This document shows positions 52,030 to 64,000 of a stretch of 64,000 nt of DNA, piece after piece. Location: contig NC_043003.1 of NCBI RefSeq assembly GCF_006345805.1, forward strand, positions 91,574,001 through 91,638,000, given 5' to 3'. Under the pieces are notes generated by a model. The model was not told the origin of the DNA, ran no database searches, and saw nothing but the letters and a program-made list of their open reading frames with translations. The position numbers and the translations under genes were made by a program. The first letter of the stretch is position 1; the number at the start of each line of letters is the position of its first letter. The DNA comes from Octopus sinensis. Its lineage: Eukaryota.

Positions 52030-54683
52030 GTGTGTGTGTGTGTGAATCGTCTAAGAGACCATAAGTCAGGGAAAAGGTGCACTTGTATATCTGTCAGTTG
52101 AGTGGGTATATTATCCAAAATGTATAGTATTAAATATCCATCATGGCTGATCTCACCAATTGGTTTCATGTAAAGAATACAATGGAGTGTTAGGTAACAA
52201 TCCGATTATATAACTTTACGCTCATCAGAGTTGGCCGATATGGAAGGGAATCTGGTTACTGCTCTCTACTGTTAGAGGTGGATTAACACATTCGGTCAAT
52301 GGCTGCTGTGAAAAAGATCATCATGAAAAAGGGCCAGGGGAGGAAGTACATTCTACTGTACCTGCGCACCCCACCATAACTGCAACCACAGGTCCCCCTG
52401 CCTACAGCTTATGCAGACAACCTTCCACCAATGCCCTTGAGCACAGCAAAAAGAGTTTGACCAAAGCACATACCAATGCACCCATGTACACACATGCATA
52501 CCCCAACACATATCCCTTCACACAGATTGTACCCCCACATAACACCTCTCCCCTGCATGCTGACACAAACCACCTCCATGACTTTATTTTTACAAAAAAG
52601 AAAACGGACCAACGAACACAGCTATATGTATCTGAAACCCTGGATTATACATATGACACTGTTACACCTACCATACCCCTCATCCACATTAATAATACAC
52701 GCTTTCCCCACTTCATGGTAACTCTTACCGGCAGGGAGATAACTCCTAACCTAAACCCCTGGCCCATTTTCGTTTTATCACCTCTTCCACAGTAGCCACT
52801 GACCAGTTGTGCTAATCCACCTCCGACAATAGAAGGCAGTCATCATATTCCCTCCCCAGTTTCTGTCTACCAAATCCACTCACAAGGCTGTGGTCAGCTC
52901 AAGGCTATAGTAGAAGACACTTGCCCATGGTACCATGCATTGGGACTGAACCTGGAACCATGTGATTAGGAAGCAAGTTTTTTTACCTCACAGTCTGTCC
53001 CCTCTGAAAATGGCACTCACTGTTGCTGTTAGAACAAATTCATCATCATCATTTTCATAACCACCACCACCACCACCACCATCATCGTTGTAAGGTAGTT
53101 TCTACATGGCCACTTATATAGCTAGTAATAACTGTCAAATCTCACTCTCCCTCAAATCAGAAACTACTGTTTTGAGAAAAAGAAAAAAAACAAAGGAATG
53201 ACACACTGAATAATGTTGTATTAGATATGATATACTGGGCTAAGAAAAAAAAAAGTTATATTGTCATATATGGAATGTTGTTGATCAGATGTCTACTCAA
53301 TCAGATCTGACCTGGTTCTAAACAACAACAGCAGCAACATCATACAGCTTAACATTATACTCAACATCATTACTTAGAATAGGAAAATGGTTCTTGTTCA
53401 GAATTTCCAAACTAATTAAATTTGTGTGAAAGTGGCTGGTTATTCCACTGACACATGTACCTATAATGTAATTCTCAGGCAAAATCCATGTGACAAGGCT
53501 GTCACTTTTGAATTACAGGTATAATCTACGAATGGGCTTCTGTACAGATTCCATTTTCTCAATCTCACTCAAAAGGTAAGCCAAAAACACAAACCTCAAA
53601 AGGAATAAACAAAGGGCCTAGATTTACTAGAAATAGCAGCTAAATTTTCCTGAACTCACACCTTAATATGTTAAATGAGGACATTCTAGATCATTGTTAT
53701 TGTCCAGTTGGGCAGCTCAACCGGACATATAAGCCATATTGGTCTTTCAATAGTTGAATGACTTATCTGTATGTGTCATGACCAGAAAATGATAACAGTT
53801 TGTTGACTGAACTGGTTGACCCAGGCCATTGACAGTTTGTTGACAGTTCATCCACTCAGCACCTAATGATATTCACCATTGCTTCAATAAGTTCATCTGA
53901 CAAAATAGTTCTCACCCATCATGCTGCATCTCATAATTTCAACACTGCATTATGGATGAGGACGGCTGCATCAAGAAGTCCTGATCTCTAATTGTGAAAG
54001 ACATGGGATGAAGTGATGAGAAAGGAGCTTCAGACATTGAGCCTCACAAAGGGAGTGACAAGGGACTGAGATTTATGGTGGTTTGCTGTGCTTCAGAAGA
54101 TACACCAAGCTAAGTAAAATCATGGTTGTCCTTGAATACAGGCAGGTCACTTACAACATTCTTCAGCTCAGTGATCCTAAACTTGTGGGCTAGTGGGTCT
54201 GGCTCAACATTAAAAGCACCCATTGCCAGTGCCACATAAAAGCATCTGTGCTGGTGCTGTGTTAAAGCACAACTCTGTGAAGTGGTTGGTGTTAAGAAGG
54301 GCATCCAGCTGAAGAAACCATGCCAAAATAGATGTGGAGCCCAGGCAGCTTTTCGTCTGGCCCGCTCCTGTCAAACTGTCCAACCCATGCCAGCATGGAG
54401 AATGAATGTTAAATGTTGATGAGTACTCGGCTTTGTTAAGGATCCACCTGTGATTTGGTCTAGGGTTGGTCATTCCCATATTCATAGTTGACCTCTATTT
54501 ACATGCTAGTTAACTCATACTGGAACTCTGAAAGGTGCTACTACTCTGGGTCAGAGTAGATCCGGGAACAATAGTGGCTAAGGGGTGGTTCCCCACTCCT
54601 CAAAACCCTGGAGCTTTCAAACCAAGGCTCCACCACCAGGTGCAGTTTACAGTCATACAAAAACAGAAACCTCACCTTATTGT

Positions 54684-55252
54684 GTGATGGTGTTGATGAT
54701 GATGATGATGGAAAGTGACTCATATGGGTCATAAGAGATCAATAAAGAGTGTAGGATACTACAAGTACAGTATTGTAAGGATACACTGGAAAGCATAGTC
54801 CTACATGCTCTTAAAAAAAGATAAGATAGCTACAGTTGGAATGCCTGGTCAATCAGGTCTGATTTGGAATAAAATAACAACAAACCATAAAAAGTGAAGT
54901 TAGTGAATTGGGAAGCGAAAAAAAAATCCTTTGACCGTTATTTTTTATTGGCTGAATGGATTCCTTTGAGAGAGATTTTGCTAAATGAATTTATCCAACA
55001 GTTCAATAGTATTTATCTGCGTGCAACCCCTACTTCCTGTTTTGCTTAACCAATGGGAAGAGATAAAGAGTTTAGACCTGATAAAGTAATATTTTTCCAT
55101 TCTGTTTCACTAAGGCTGATGCAATCCAGAACACAATTAGTGAATAGTTTAGTTGGCAGTTAATACTGTACTTGTAGTATCCTACACACTTTATTGATCT
55201 CTTATGACCCATATGAGTCACTTTCCATCATCATCATCATCAACACCATCAC
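54684..55252. repeat. 91-bp inverted repeat with 387-nt spacer
   Basis: 54684-54774 and 55162-55252 are reverse complements with 1 mismatch. Confidence 0.9.
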
Positions 55253-55500
55253 CACCACTGCCACTTCCACCACCAACACCACCATCCTTATCATCATCAC
55301 CACCACCATGATGACAATGACCACACCCACCACTTCCATCAAAACCACTGCTGCCACCACCACTACCGTCACCACTGCTGCCACCACCAGTATCATTATC
55401 ATCATTATGACCATGCCAACAACATACGTGACAATCGGCACCTGCACCACCCTCACCACCATCATCATTGTGGTGTTCGTAATAATCATCATCACCATTT
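55215..55500. repeat. (CAC/CAT)n low-complexity tract
   Basis: Degenerate trinucleotide repeat producing spurious T/I/H- and G/D/V-rich ORFs. Confidence 0.9.
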
Positions 55501-57145
55501 TTGTGCTTCTCTTTTCTCTTCTTTTTTACCCCCTCCAGGTGTGAGTTGACTGCCATAACAGTATGGTGAAAAAACCATCCCATGCAAAATAAGGAGCCTT
55601 CACTCAGCTTGTGAGAAATAGAGAAAGAGCAGCTAAATCTCAGCTCATATTACACCTTACTGTCTTGAAAAATAAAAACTAAATAAATAGTGAGTGGATT
55701 TGTTAGACGGAAACTGAAAGAAACCTGTTGTGCACATGTGTGTGTGTGTGTGTGTGTTTGTCCTGCAACCAACTGCTGTTGGTGTGTTTACACCTCTGTA
55801 ACTTAGTGGCTCAGCAAATGAGACCAATAGAATAAGTATCGGGCTTAAAAAGAAAAAATAATAACTAGGATTGATTTATTTGACTAAAAGTTCTTCAAGA
55901 CAGTGCTCCAGCATGGCTGCAGTCTAGTAACTGAAACAATTAAAGATAAGTTGAGATGGTCATGGCGAGTTCTGAAAGTATTACAGTTTGCTTGATCAAA
56001 TGAGAAAGATTTGTTCTACAATGTAGAATGCGTGCAAACGTTGTTGTATTGATAAGTAGTTTACTTTGCAACTATATGGTTTTGGGTTCAGACCTTGAGC
56101 AAGTGTCATAACCAAAGACTTGTGAATAAGTGGATTTGTTGATAGAAGCTGAAAAGAAACCAAATGCACACACATATATAGATTGATAGATAGATATAAA
56201 CACACAATCATAGCATATGTACATGTAAGCATGTGTATGTGTGTATTTTTATTTGCATATACACAGCAACCCCAACTGCTAACCAAGAACTATGAAATAA
56301 CTTTTTTCAGCTTATGAAAATTGAATATGGGAAAAATTTACAACCTTCTATGTCAGTAAATCACCATTGTTCCTGAAAGTTGTTTTATATACCTTCTATG
56401 GACTGCTTGAAGCTTACTGGCTTCCTACATCTTGATCTTTGGATCTTACCATTACATAGTACTATATATATATACCTTTTACATATTTCAGTCATTTGAT
56501 TGCAGCCATGCTGGAGCACTGCCCTTAATCAAAGAAATCAACCTCAGGACTTATTCTTTGTAAGCCTAGTACTTATTTTATCAGTCTCTTTTGCCAAACC
56601 ACTGAGTTTTGGGGACATAAACACACCAACATTGGTTGTCAAGCAATGCTTGGGGGACAAACAGAGACACACACACATAAATATACATACATATATATAT
56701 GTATACACACGAGCTTCTTTCAGTTTCCATCTACCAAATCCACTCACAAGGCTTTGGTTGGCCCAAGGTTATAGTAGAAGATATATGCCCAAGGTGCCAT
56801 GCAGTGGGACTGAACCCGGAACCATGTGACTGGGAAGCAAGCTTCTTACCATACAGCCATGTCTGCATCTAAAAAGATCATATGCATTGGCTGGGAATTG
56901 AACTTGGGCTGTTCGCATAGCAGATGAGCATTTTACCATTGAACCACTGATGCTTATATGTAGTTGAGGGGCAGCTGTCAACATTCTCTATCATAAAGGA
57001 TTTTTAACTCAATATTTACATAGTAATATTTATAGCTTTATATGTGCTTCAAGATCCAATTCCAAAAAGGAATTATATATATATATTAGAAATATTGAAT
57101 TTCTAAATGTCTCAGAGAGACATAAGCAGTGGTGGAGCGATATAG

Positions 57146-57284
57146 TGGTCGTATACCGTCTACTCAATGTGACAGTCCCGTAAGGGAATTACACCACTGC
57201 CATTTAGCCCTAGGAAACATTGACGTCTCCTGTTGATGTTTCCTAGGGCTAAAACTGTCACATTGAGTTGACGGTATACGACCA
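57146..57284. repeat. Foldback/palindromic element
   Basis: 31-bp outer arms 57146-57176 / 57254-57284 (1 mismatch) and perfect 18-bp inner arms 57203-57220 / 57236-57253. Confidence 0.85.
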
Positions 57285-57984
57285 ATATATATATATATAT
57301 TATATATATAGGTATAGGAATGGCTGTGTGGTAAGTAGCTTGCTTACGAACCACATGGTTCCGGGTTCAGTCCTACTGCATAGCACCTTGGGCAAGTGTC
57401 TTCTACTATAGCCTTGGGCTGACCAAACCCTTATGAGTGGATTTGGTAGAGGGAAACTGAAAGAAGCTTGTTGTATGTATGTATATGTTTGTTCCCCCCC
57501 CAACATCGCTTGACAACCGATGTTGGTGTGTTTACATCCCCGTAACTTAGCAGTTTGACAAAAGAGACCGATAGAATAAGTACAAGGCTTACAAAGAATA
57601 AGTCCTGGGGTCGATTTGCTCAACTAAAGGCAGTGCTCCAGCATGACCACAGTCAAATAACTGAAACAAGTAAAAGAGTATATTAGGAACTTTTTGCATA
57701 CACTGATCAGGTATACTACAATTCATCAGGAAAGGAAAAAAGAGGGTACAGAAAACAGCAATAAGCTACATACAGTGCATATATAGTACACAGAATGAAA
57801 CATAAGAAAGCAGAAAACTAGGCCCAACAAATTGATTTCAGGTTCAGTGACACAACAACAACAATTGTTTTCTTTCTTATTGGCAACATAAAGGAACTTC
57901 AATTACAGCTGATTCTCATGCTTAACAACGTAAGCATATCATACACACACACACAAACATATATGATGAGCTTCTTTCAGTTTC

Positions 57985-58118
57985 ATCATCATCATCATCA
58001 TTTAACGTCCGCTTTCCATGCTGGCATGGGTTGGACGGTTCAACTGGGGTCTGGGAAGCCAGAAGGCTGCACCAGGCCCAGTCTGATCTGGCAGTGTTTC
58101 TACAGCTGGATGCCCTTT
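57985..58118 (-). repeat. RTE-type LINE/SINE 3' tail ending in (GAT)n
   Basis: CATCATCATTTAACGTCCGCTTTCCATGCTGGCATGGGTTGGACGG...CTGGATGCCC. Related copies at ~40755-40890, 44030-44160 (opposite strand) and 54290-54420. Confidence 0.6.
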
Positions 58119-59221
58119 TACCAAATCTATTCATAATGTTCTGGTCAACCTGGGACTACAGTACAAAAAAACACTTGCCCAAGATGGCCATGTTGTGGCA
58201 TTGAACTTGAAACCATGTGGCTGGGAAGCAAACTTCTTAACCACACAGCCATGGTTGCCCAAAGAACAAAAATACCCAAAGTTTATTGTTTACAACAGTG
58301 CTTCTCAAACTATTTGAACAGCTGTCCTCCCACTTTTTTCACTAATACTTTTTTAGTCCCCACTCTGCATCTTGCAACAATTTAGAAGATCCAAATACAT
58401 CACAGATACATAAGCATACATTTGCATACAAACCAGGACGTTACCTAACGTTACAGGTGCAGTGGATGTCTTTATTGCATGTAGAAAATACGTATAAATT
58501 TTGACAATGTCTTTAAAATTATATTTTCGTTCATTGTTTACAGTTTATATGCTCAAGTAGTATACATCCAGCTTTGTTTATTTACTTAAATACTTTTCGA
58601 AGCTTATTTTTATGGCTGATGTAGTCATTATTTTATTGTGGCTAAGAATCAGTTTTTAGTTAAATACATGACAAAATCTAAAAAAAAAAAAAATGAAAAA
58701 AGGCTGTACAGCTGCATCTATCACCTTCCATTTCCCCCCTTTGTTTCCAGTACATTTCTTCTGCCAATTCCCCATCCCTATTAATCCAGTCATTTAATAA
58801 TATTCACGGGAAATCGAAGAGCAAAACAAAAATTCACAATCAAAAGAAGCGATTAGACACTGTTGGTATTTCGTACTTCCGAATTCGCTATCGTTTTGTT
58901 TTCGCGTGCTGTGCCATGTGACTCGGATGTTTAGCAGAAGCCAAGAGAGAGAGCAGCTCGGCAAAAACTGTGCAGAGAAGGCTGTGGGTGCTTGCTTGTT
59001 TTTGCTGTTAAAACTTTTGGACGACACATACAAGTAATTTTTCAAAATCCCAATGAGTAAAAAGCTTATTTTTAATTTATAAATATTTAAAAATAAACCA
59101 ATATATACATATGTGTATATGAATATTATATGTTTGAAATTTAATGCAGAGACATTTATTATAAACAAAATTGTGCGATAGTTAAGCCTTCTTGCACAGA
59201 ACAGTTGCATACAACCTGAAA

Positions 59222-59366
59222 ATGTCCGGAGACAACAAAAGCACCATGTATGCTCACAAGAACAGGGATATTCCTGCAAAAAGGATTCTAATAAACGACC
59301 CGACTCAAATGCCTATGGACTATAGTACAACCCCTGGGGGTTCAATTTTCTCCACCACTCCTGGAG
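59222..59366 (+). CDS. EIF4EBP: eIF4E-binding protein (4E-BP), coding exon 1 (145 nt); later exons not found in window
   Basis: MSGDNKSTMYAHKNRDIPAKRILINDPTQMPMDYSTTPGGSIFSTTPGG contains the two STTPGG phosphosite motifs (Thr37/Thr46 equivalents) and an RAIP-like RDIP; donor GGAG|GTAAG. Paralog cannot be assigned. Confidence 0.95.
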
Positions 59367-59494
59367 GTAAGAACGAATTGCATGTGTATATTTTGCAATG
59401 TATTATTATAATCTATCTTCATCCATCTCTCCGTTAAATAAATTCGATGCATTATGCAATATCCATTGAATGTTGTTTATTTACATGATTTACA

Positions 59495-59700
59495 TGAGGC
59501 GAGTCCCCCCCCCCCGTGCGCCTTGCTCCGTCTTCCAAAATGGCGGCTATCCATGTCGAGCACGTGATTGTGTTTCGGGGGGACTTCTGTTGTGCGAATT
59601 GAGAAGAAAAGCGGAAATCTTAATTATCCTTAATTTCATTTCTCATGTGAAAATGTTCATCGCGATCGTTTTTCCCGCCCCGTCCTGCGATCTATACACA
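59495..59700. promoter_or_regulatory. CpG-rich intron-1 regulatory patch of 4E-BP with YY1 and E-box motifs
   Basis: CAAAATGGCGGC (59536-59547, YY1 consensus) and CACGTG (59561-59566) in a CpG-dense island within AT-rich DNA. Confidence 0.45.
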
Positions 59701-62700
59701 TTAGTAAATCCGATAATTAAACCCATGCTTTAATCTACCCTAATTACTTCTCGTAACATTTTAAGACTTGCTGAACAATATGGTCCTATAGAAGTTTGTG
59801 CAAGCAAGAAGTTGAAATTTTGTAACACCAGATTTTATACATTAAAAACTTCGAAATGTAATATTTTATGTAAATACGATTGTGTTTCTTTTTCTCTTTT
59901 ATATATATTATGAAATTGAAATAACATATGCAAGGGAAGCTCCATGTGGTTATGTTAGCGAGGATTACATCTAGTGTTTCTAAAATATTTCAACACATTC
60001 TGGACCCTCGTTGCTTCTGATTTCATTCCCACTGAAAAGATGGCACTATTTATTACTTAATAAATCTGATGTTTATTAATTGTTCACTGATTATGTTTTT
60101 AATTTTAGAGTTTTATCTTCAATGTGTTTAAATACTGGATTGCACGTGTTTTATGAATAAGATAATTATATGAATAGTCACTGTTTTAATTCAGTTAGGG
60201 GGTTGTTAAAGAATAAGTGAATTAGTAATATACAAAAACGAAATATACAAACAACAGTGCAGAGAAAGTACCCTTTCGACCGAAATGAGATTTTCTTCTG
60301 AAAAGATCAACATTCAAATGGACACGTATCTATGTTTTTAGTTCTCGTAGTTTAAAAAAGAAAAAAAAATAGTGTAACTTTTATTGAATAAGATGTTTGT
60401 TTAGAGACGAAAGATTGCCTTATGTTGCATTATCTCCTCATATTTTGAAAGTTCTTAGTAACTTTAGACAAGACCTGGCTAAAATAAACACTCGTACATC
60501 ACCAAAAACACTGATATTAGGTAGATTTAATGGACTCCGATATAACTGGGAATTTAAACAGCAAAAAAATCCGTTTCTCCAGCAATATTTGAAAACCTTG
60601 GGTTTATACTATGTCCGACACTAACATTTAATTTTTACACGCACCATGTGTGGTGATGGGAGGTTGTTGACAATTTTCTTTTTCAGTTATTGTAAACAAG
60701 ATCTACTTTCAGATGCACTTTTAAACAACTGGGTCGTCATTCTTTAGGCTAAAACAAACACCTATACTATTATTATTATTTACGATTTTTGTTCTTTCGA
60801 TTCCGAGTTCATATCCCCACTGAAGTCAACTTCGCCTTTTACCCTCCAGGGGTCGATAAAATAAGGCACTATTGAAGAACTTGGATCGATTAAAGCGACT
60901 AAATTCTATCACCAAGTTTGTGGCCGTGCTCCTATTTTAGAAATATTTTTTACTTGCTTAGTATGTAATTTTCATTTGATAAGGTAACTATCTCCTGTAT
61001 TTTTTCTCCTCTTCCTCTCTCTGCGATCGTGAAAGAAATCTTGTTAGGAATGCATCTTCATCTTGGTGTGCAACTGTCGCTGTAACAATTCAGTATCTCG
61101 TGGGTGAGGGAGCTTATCGTCACCGGGACGGGCTTGTAAAGATTGAAAAGGGGGTCTTTAAACGTTTAATATTTGTCCCAGGTCTGAAGGAAGTTTCGCT
61201 AATATTTCTTTTGGGTGGAGTTTGCTGTTTAGAACCAGTGACTAAGTTGGTTGGATCCACATCCTTTGGTTAATTCCTCCGTAAAATTACAGAGTAACTT
61301 CTGTAATTTTACCATTCCCCCCCCCCCACCTTGTTATCCTCATGAGATTTAAGCCTCGAAACTCCCGTCCCGCTTGTTTTTATTACACTATCTAGGACTA
61401 TATTATGTAATGTATATATTTTTTATGAAACGATAGGGTGTGATTGATTTCAGTAAGATTTCACTGCACTTTCTAGCTTGCGAAGCGACTATCCACATGC
61501 CTTTCCTTTAGCTGAGCAGAAGAAAAAATTGAATGTGTAATGCCAGTATTGGAAAAATTAATTATAGTTGATTGCATTCGACTGAATTAATTACTTGACT
61601 GAGATCGAAAATTCTGTAAGGACAGATCCAGTAAGATATGAAATCAAAGCAGTAACGAACAGAATAAATTACAACCTTTATATTCTATAAAGGTTGCCTT
61701 CTTGCTAGCATCTCCAATACTCCTGACCATGTGAAAATTTCCTATTTTCTGAATCTTATTTTTATTTTTATTTATAAGGCTATAAGAACTTCATAATTAT
61801 AGCTTCTGTCTCTTAAAGTTCCGAATGTCTTCGATTTCTTTCCCGAGTTAATATTATATGAGAACATAATATTGGTTTCAGGATTAAGTAGATTACATTG
61901 AGAATTAATCTCATTGCCATGCTTTCTATATGTAGTTGTATATTGAAAATAATTCTTTCTAATTTTGGGACAAAGTCGCAATTTAGAGAGCAGGGGGGGG
62001 GGGGGTAAATCGATTATTTTATTAGTTCGGAAAGGATGAAAAGCAAAGTCGACCTAGGCGGACGAAATTCTGCTAAGCTTTTTGGCCTGGAGCGCTAATG
62101 ATTCTTTCTGCCAGCTCGCTACCTTAAGTGAGAAGATAATATTAGAAGTTATTTCATTGTTAGGCATTGACATGGTTAAAAAATTCGTTTGGAAACGACG
62201 TGGTTTCTGGCACCTGACCAGTGGTTGGAAACAATATAGTGTGCGTGCGTTCTCTCCTCTCATCACTTGACAACCGGTGTTGCTTTGTATACGTTCTCCT
62301 TATACAGCGGTTCGGCAAAAAGATCGATAAAATAAGAACCAGACAAAATATGTACTGGGTTCGATGTGTTCAACAAAGCGCATCAAAGCTGTACCAATGA
62401 CTGGGAAAATAAGTAAATAAATAAAAGAATTCCTATTAAGTTTTCGAATTCGTTCCATATGCAGAATAATACATGATTTCTAACATTGGCGAAAAGTTAC
62501 ATTTTTCTTTGCTTGGAGGTTTGGTGGATTACTGATTATTAAATCGATCTTTGACTATTTTATTGATCGGAGGTATCGTTATATCTTGTCTTTAAACCAT
62601 GTCTTCTATTATCATCTCTCAAATCTTCCAAATTAGAGATTTAGCAATCTAGGATTGTTGTTTCAAAGACGACGAATAAAATACTGGAAGATTGGTTTAA

Positions 62701-63070
62701 TCGTAGATTTTAAAAAAATCTTGTAAATACAACATAACAATTAAAAAATATACATTGTACTTTCATTATCTTGAGTTAGCAGAATCATAAGAACGTTGTG
62801 AAAAAAACGAAAAAAAACAAAACCGTACCGGTCAGATACTGTGGTCGATGTAATCAACTTACTCCCCGCTCAAAGTTAGAAAAAATTATTTTGAATATAC
62901 AAGTACAGTACGTTCTGAGTTCAATTTCCGCCGAGGTTGATTTTGTCTTTCATCCTTTCAGAGTCGATAAATTAAGTACCAGTTGCGTGCTGGAGTCGAT
63001 CTAATCGACTGGCCCCCTCCCCCAAAATTTAGGGCCTTTTACCTAGTGAAGAAAAGAATATACAAGTACA

Positions 63071-63114
63071 CGTTTCTTTATTGCCCTCAAGGAGCCAACA
63101 CAGAGGGGACAGAC
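63071..63114 (-). mobile_element. 44-nt retroposed LINE 3' tail with 12-bp TSD
   Basis: TSD TATACAAGTACA at 63059-63070 and 63115-63126; the insert reads GTCTGTCCCCTCTGTGTTGGCTCCTTGAGGGCAATAAAGAAACG, similar to LINE end 34580-34620. Confidence 0.8.
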
Positions 63115-64000
63115 TATACAAGTACAGTGATAGATCATGGGAATGAAATTTAATTCTTTTTAAATACTTGTATTTAAATTAAAACAAGAAATGTTTGCAG
63201 ATTTTGAATTTGACTATATATGAAAGAAAAAAAATTCTGCAAAGCATTAAAAAAAGATAATGTAAGAAGTTTACAAAGACGCCCCAGGTATGTCAATTAA
63301 AATTTTGACAGGAATCACTTAAAAGGTCGATTTGAAACGTAAATGGACTCTTCTACAAGACATAAAAAATATAATTATTAAAATGGATGGGTGCCTTTAA
63401 CAGACTGCCATACTGTTGCAAGTATTTCGGGCAAGGTTTCTTCGTTTTAAGTATATTTTGCTCCTGTAAACCAGCCCTTGAAGCTCTGAAAAAATGTGTT
63501 ATGGGTGCCGCCCTTCTCTCCCTCACGTTATGCAATTTAAATATAAAACGTGCATATATATCCGTTTTATGTCAACTTGCGGGGTTTGGGGGAAAGAATC
63601 CTCAATACCATAGGGGAGATAAATAATTTTATTTTGAACTAGTCATAATTTGTGAGAAGATCCTCTGCACCTATAAGGTGGAACTCAATGGCAAGAGACT
63701 GACTCAACTAGAATAACGTCCGAACATGACGTGTCTCTGACTGAAACCAGTATCAGTTACACACACACACACATTACTTTTGTTGAAACGAGGAATAAGG
63801 TATATGATTGAAATAATTTCATGTTTTCATTTCACTGTTCTCGTAGCCCCGCCTCGTTTTTGCTTTTGCTAGCAAAACGAAATTGTTTACGCCATTAACA
63901 ATATCAAGCCACAAAGACATCAAATTATATTTCTTAACATTGTTGAATTTTCATGGCAGGTATGTTATTGTTAATAGTCACGTGACAGTTAACCTGTTCT

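Noticed and set aside
55194-55583. Three overlapping ORFs of 98-121 aa
   Set aside because: Products of the (CAC/CAT)n low-complexity tract.
59192-59221. N-terminal extension MHRTVAYNLK of 4E-BP in the ORF track
   Set aside because: It starts at a TTG called as M; the ATG at 59222 in GAAAATGT context fits normal 4E-BP length.
58794-59279. 161-aa minus-strand ORF starting with an IBR/RING-like pattern (CSCEHTWCFCCL)
   Set aside because: The Cys/His pattern is the antisense reading of the genuine 4E-BP exon; the rest is low-complexity F/I/L-rich sequence with no second zinc-binding half.
61339-61373. Hammerhead-like string CTCATGAG...CTCGAAAC...GTC in the 4E-BP intron
   Set aside because: The essential G5 is C, helix II has only ~2 bp and there is no helix I partner; the 9-bp complement at 61124-61132 is compatible with chance.

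Overview
AT-rich, intron-containing animal genomic DNA, most likely a cephalopod (Octopus-like). That assignment is an inference from the SINE/LINE families and microsatellite style, not from a database search. Two host genes point away from each other. On the minus strand are the first 10 coding exons of the exosome RNA helicase MTREX/MTR4 (SKIV2L2), from ATG 12920 to exon 10 at 354, continuing off the left edge. On the plus strand is coding exon 1 of a 4E-BP (EIF4EBP) gene (59222-59366); later exons were not found in the window. The ~46 kb between them is almost entirely transposon-derived. It holds a decayed Helitron (~15556-18601) and an LTR (22161-23522) interrupted by a Penelope-like/retrozyme-like insertion carrying two minimal hammerhead-like motifs. 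A solo LTR (30014-36034) contains a near full-length L1/Tx1-type LINE, a 272-bp templated inversion of LINE RT sequence and an 8-bp-TSD MITE. There are also two inverted mariner copies sharing the same inactivating lesions, and many SINEs, RTE fragments, MITEs and microsatellites. No CRISPR array, rRNA or standalone tRNA gene was seen. The best leads are the hammerhead-bearing 357-nt monomer element, the LINE-in-LTR nest with a hairpin target, and a LINE 3' tail shared with SINEs and retroposed on its own.
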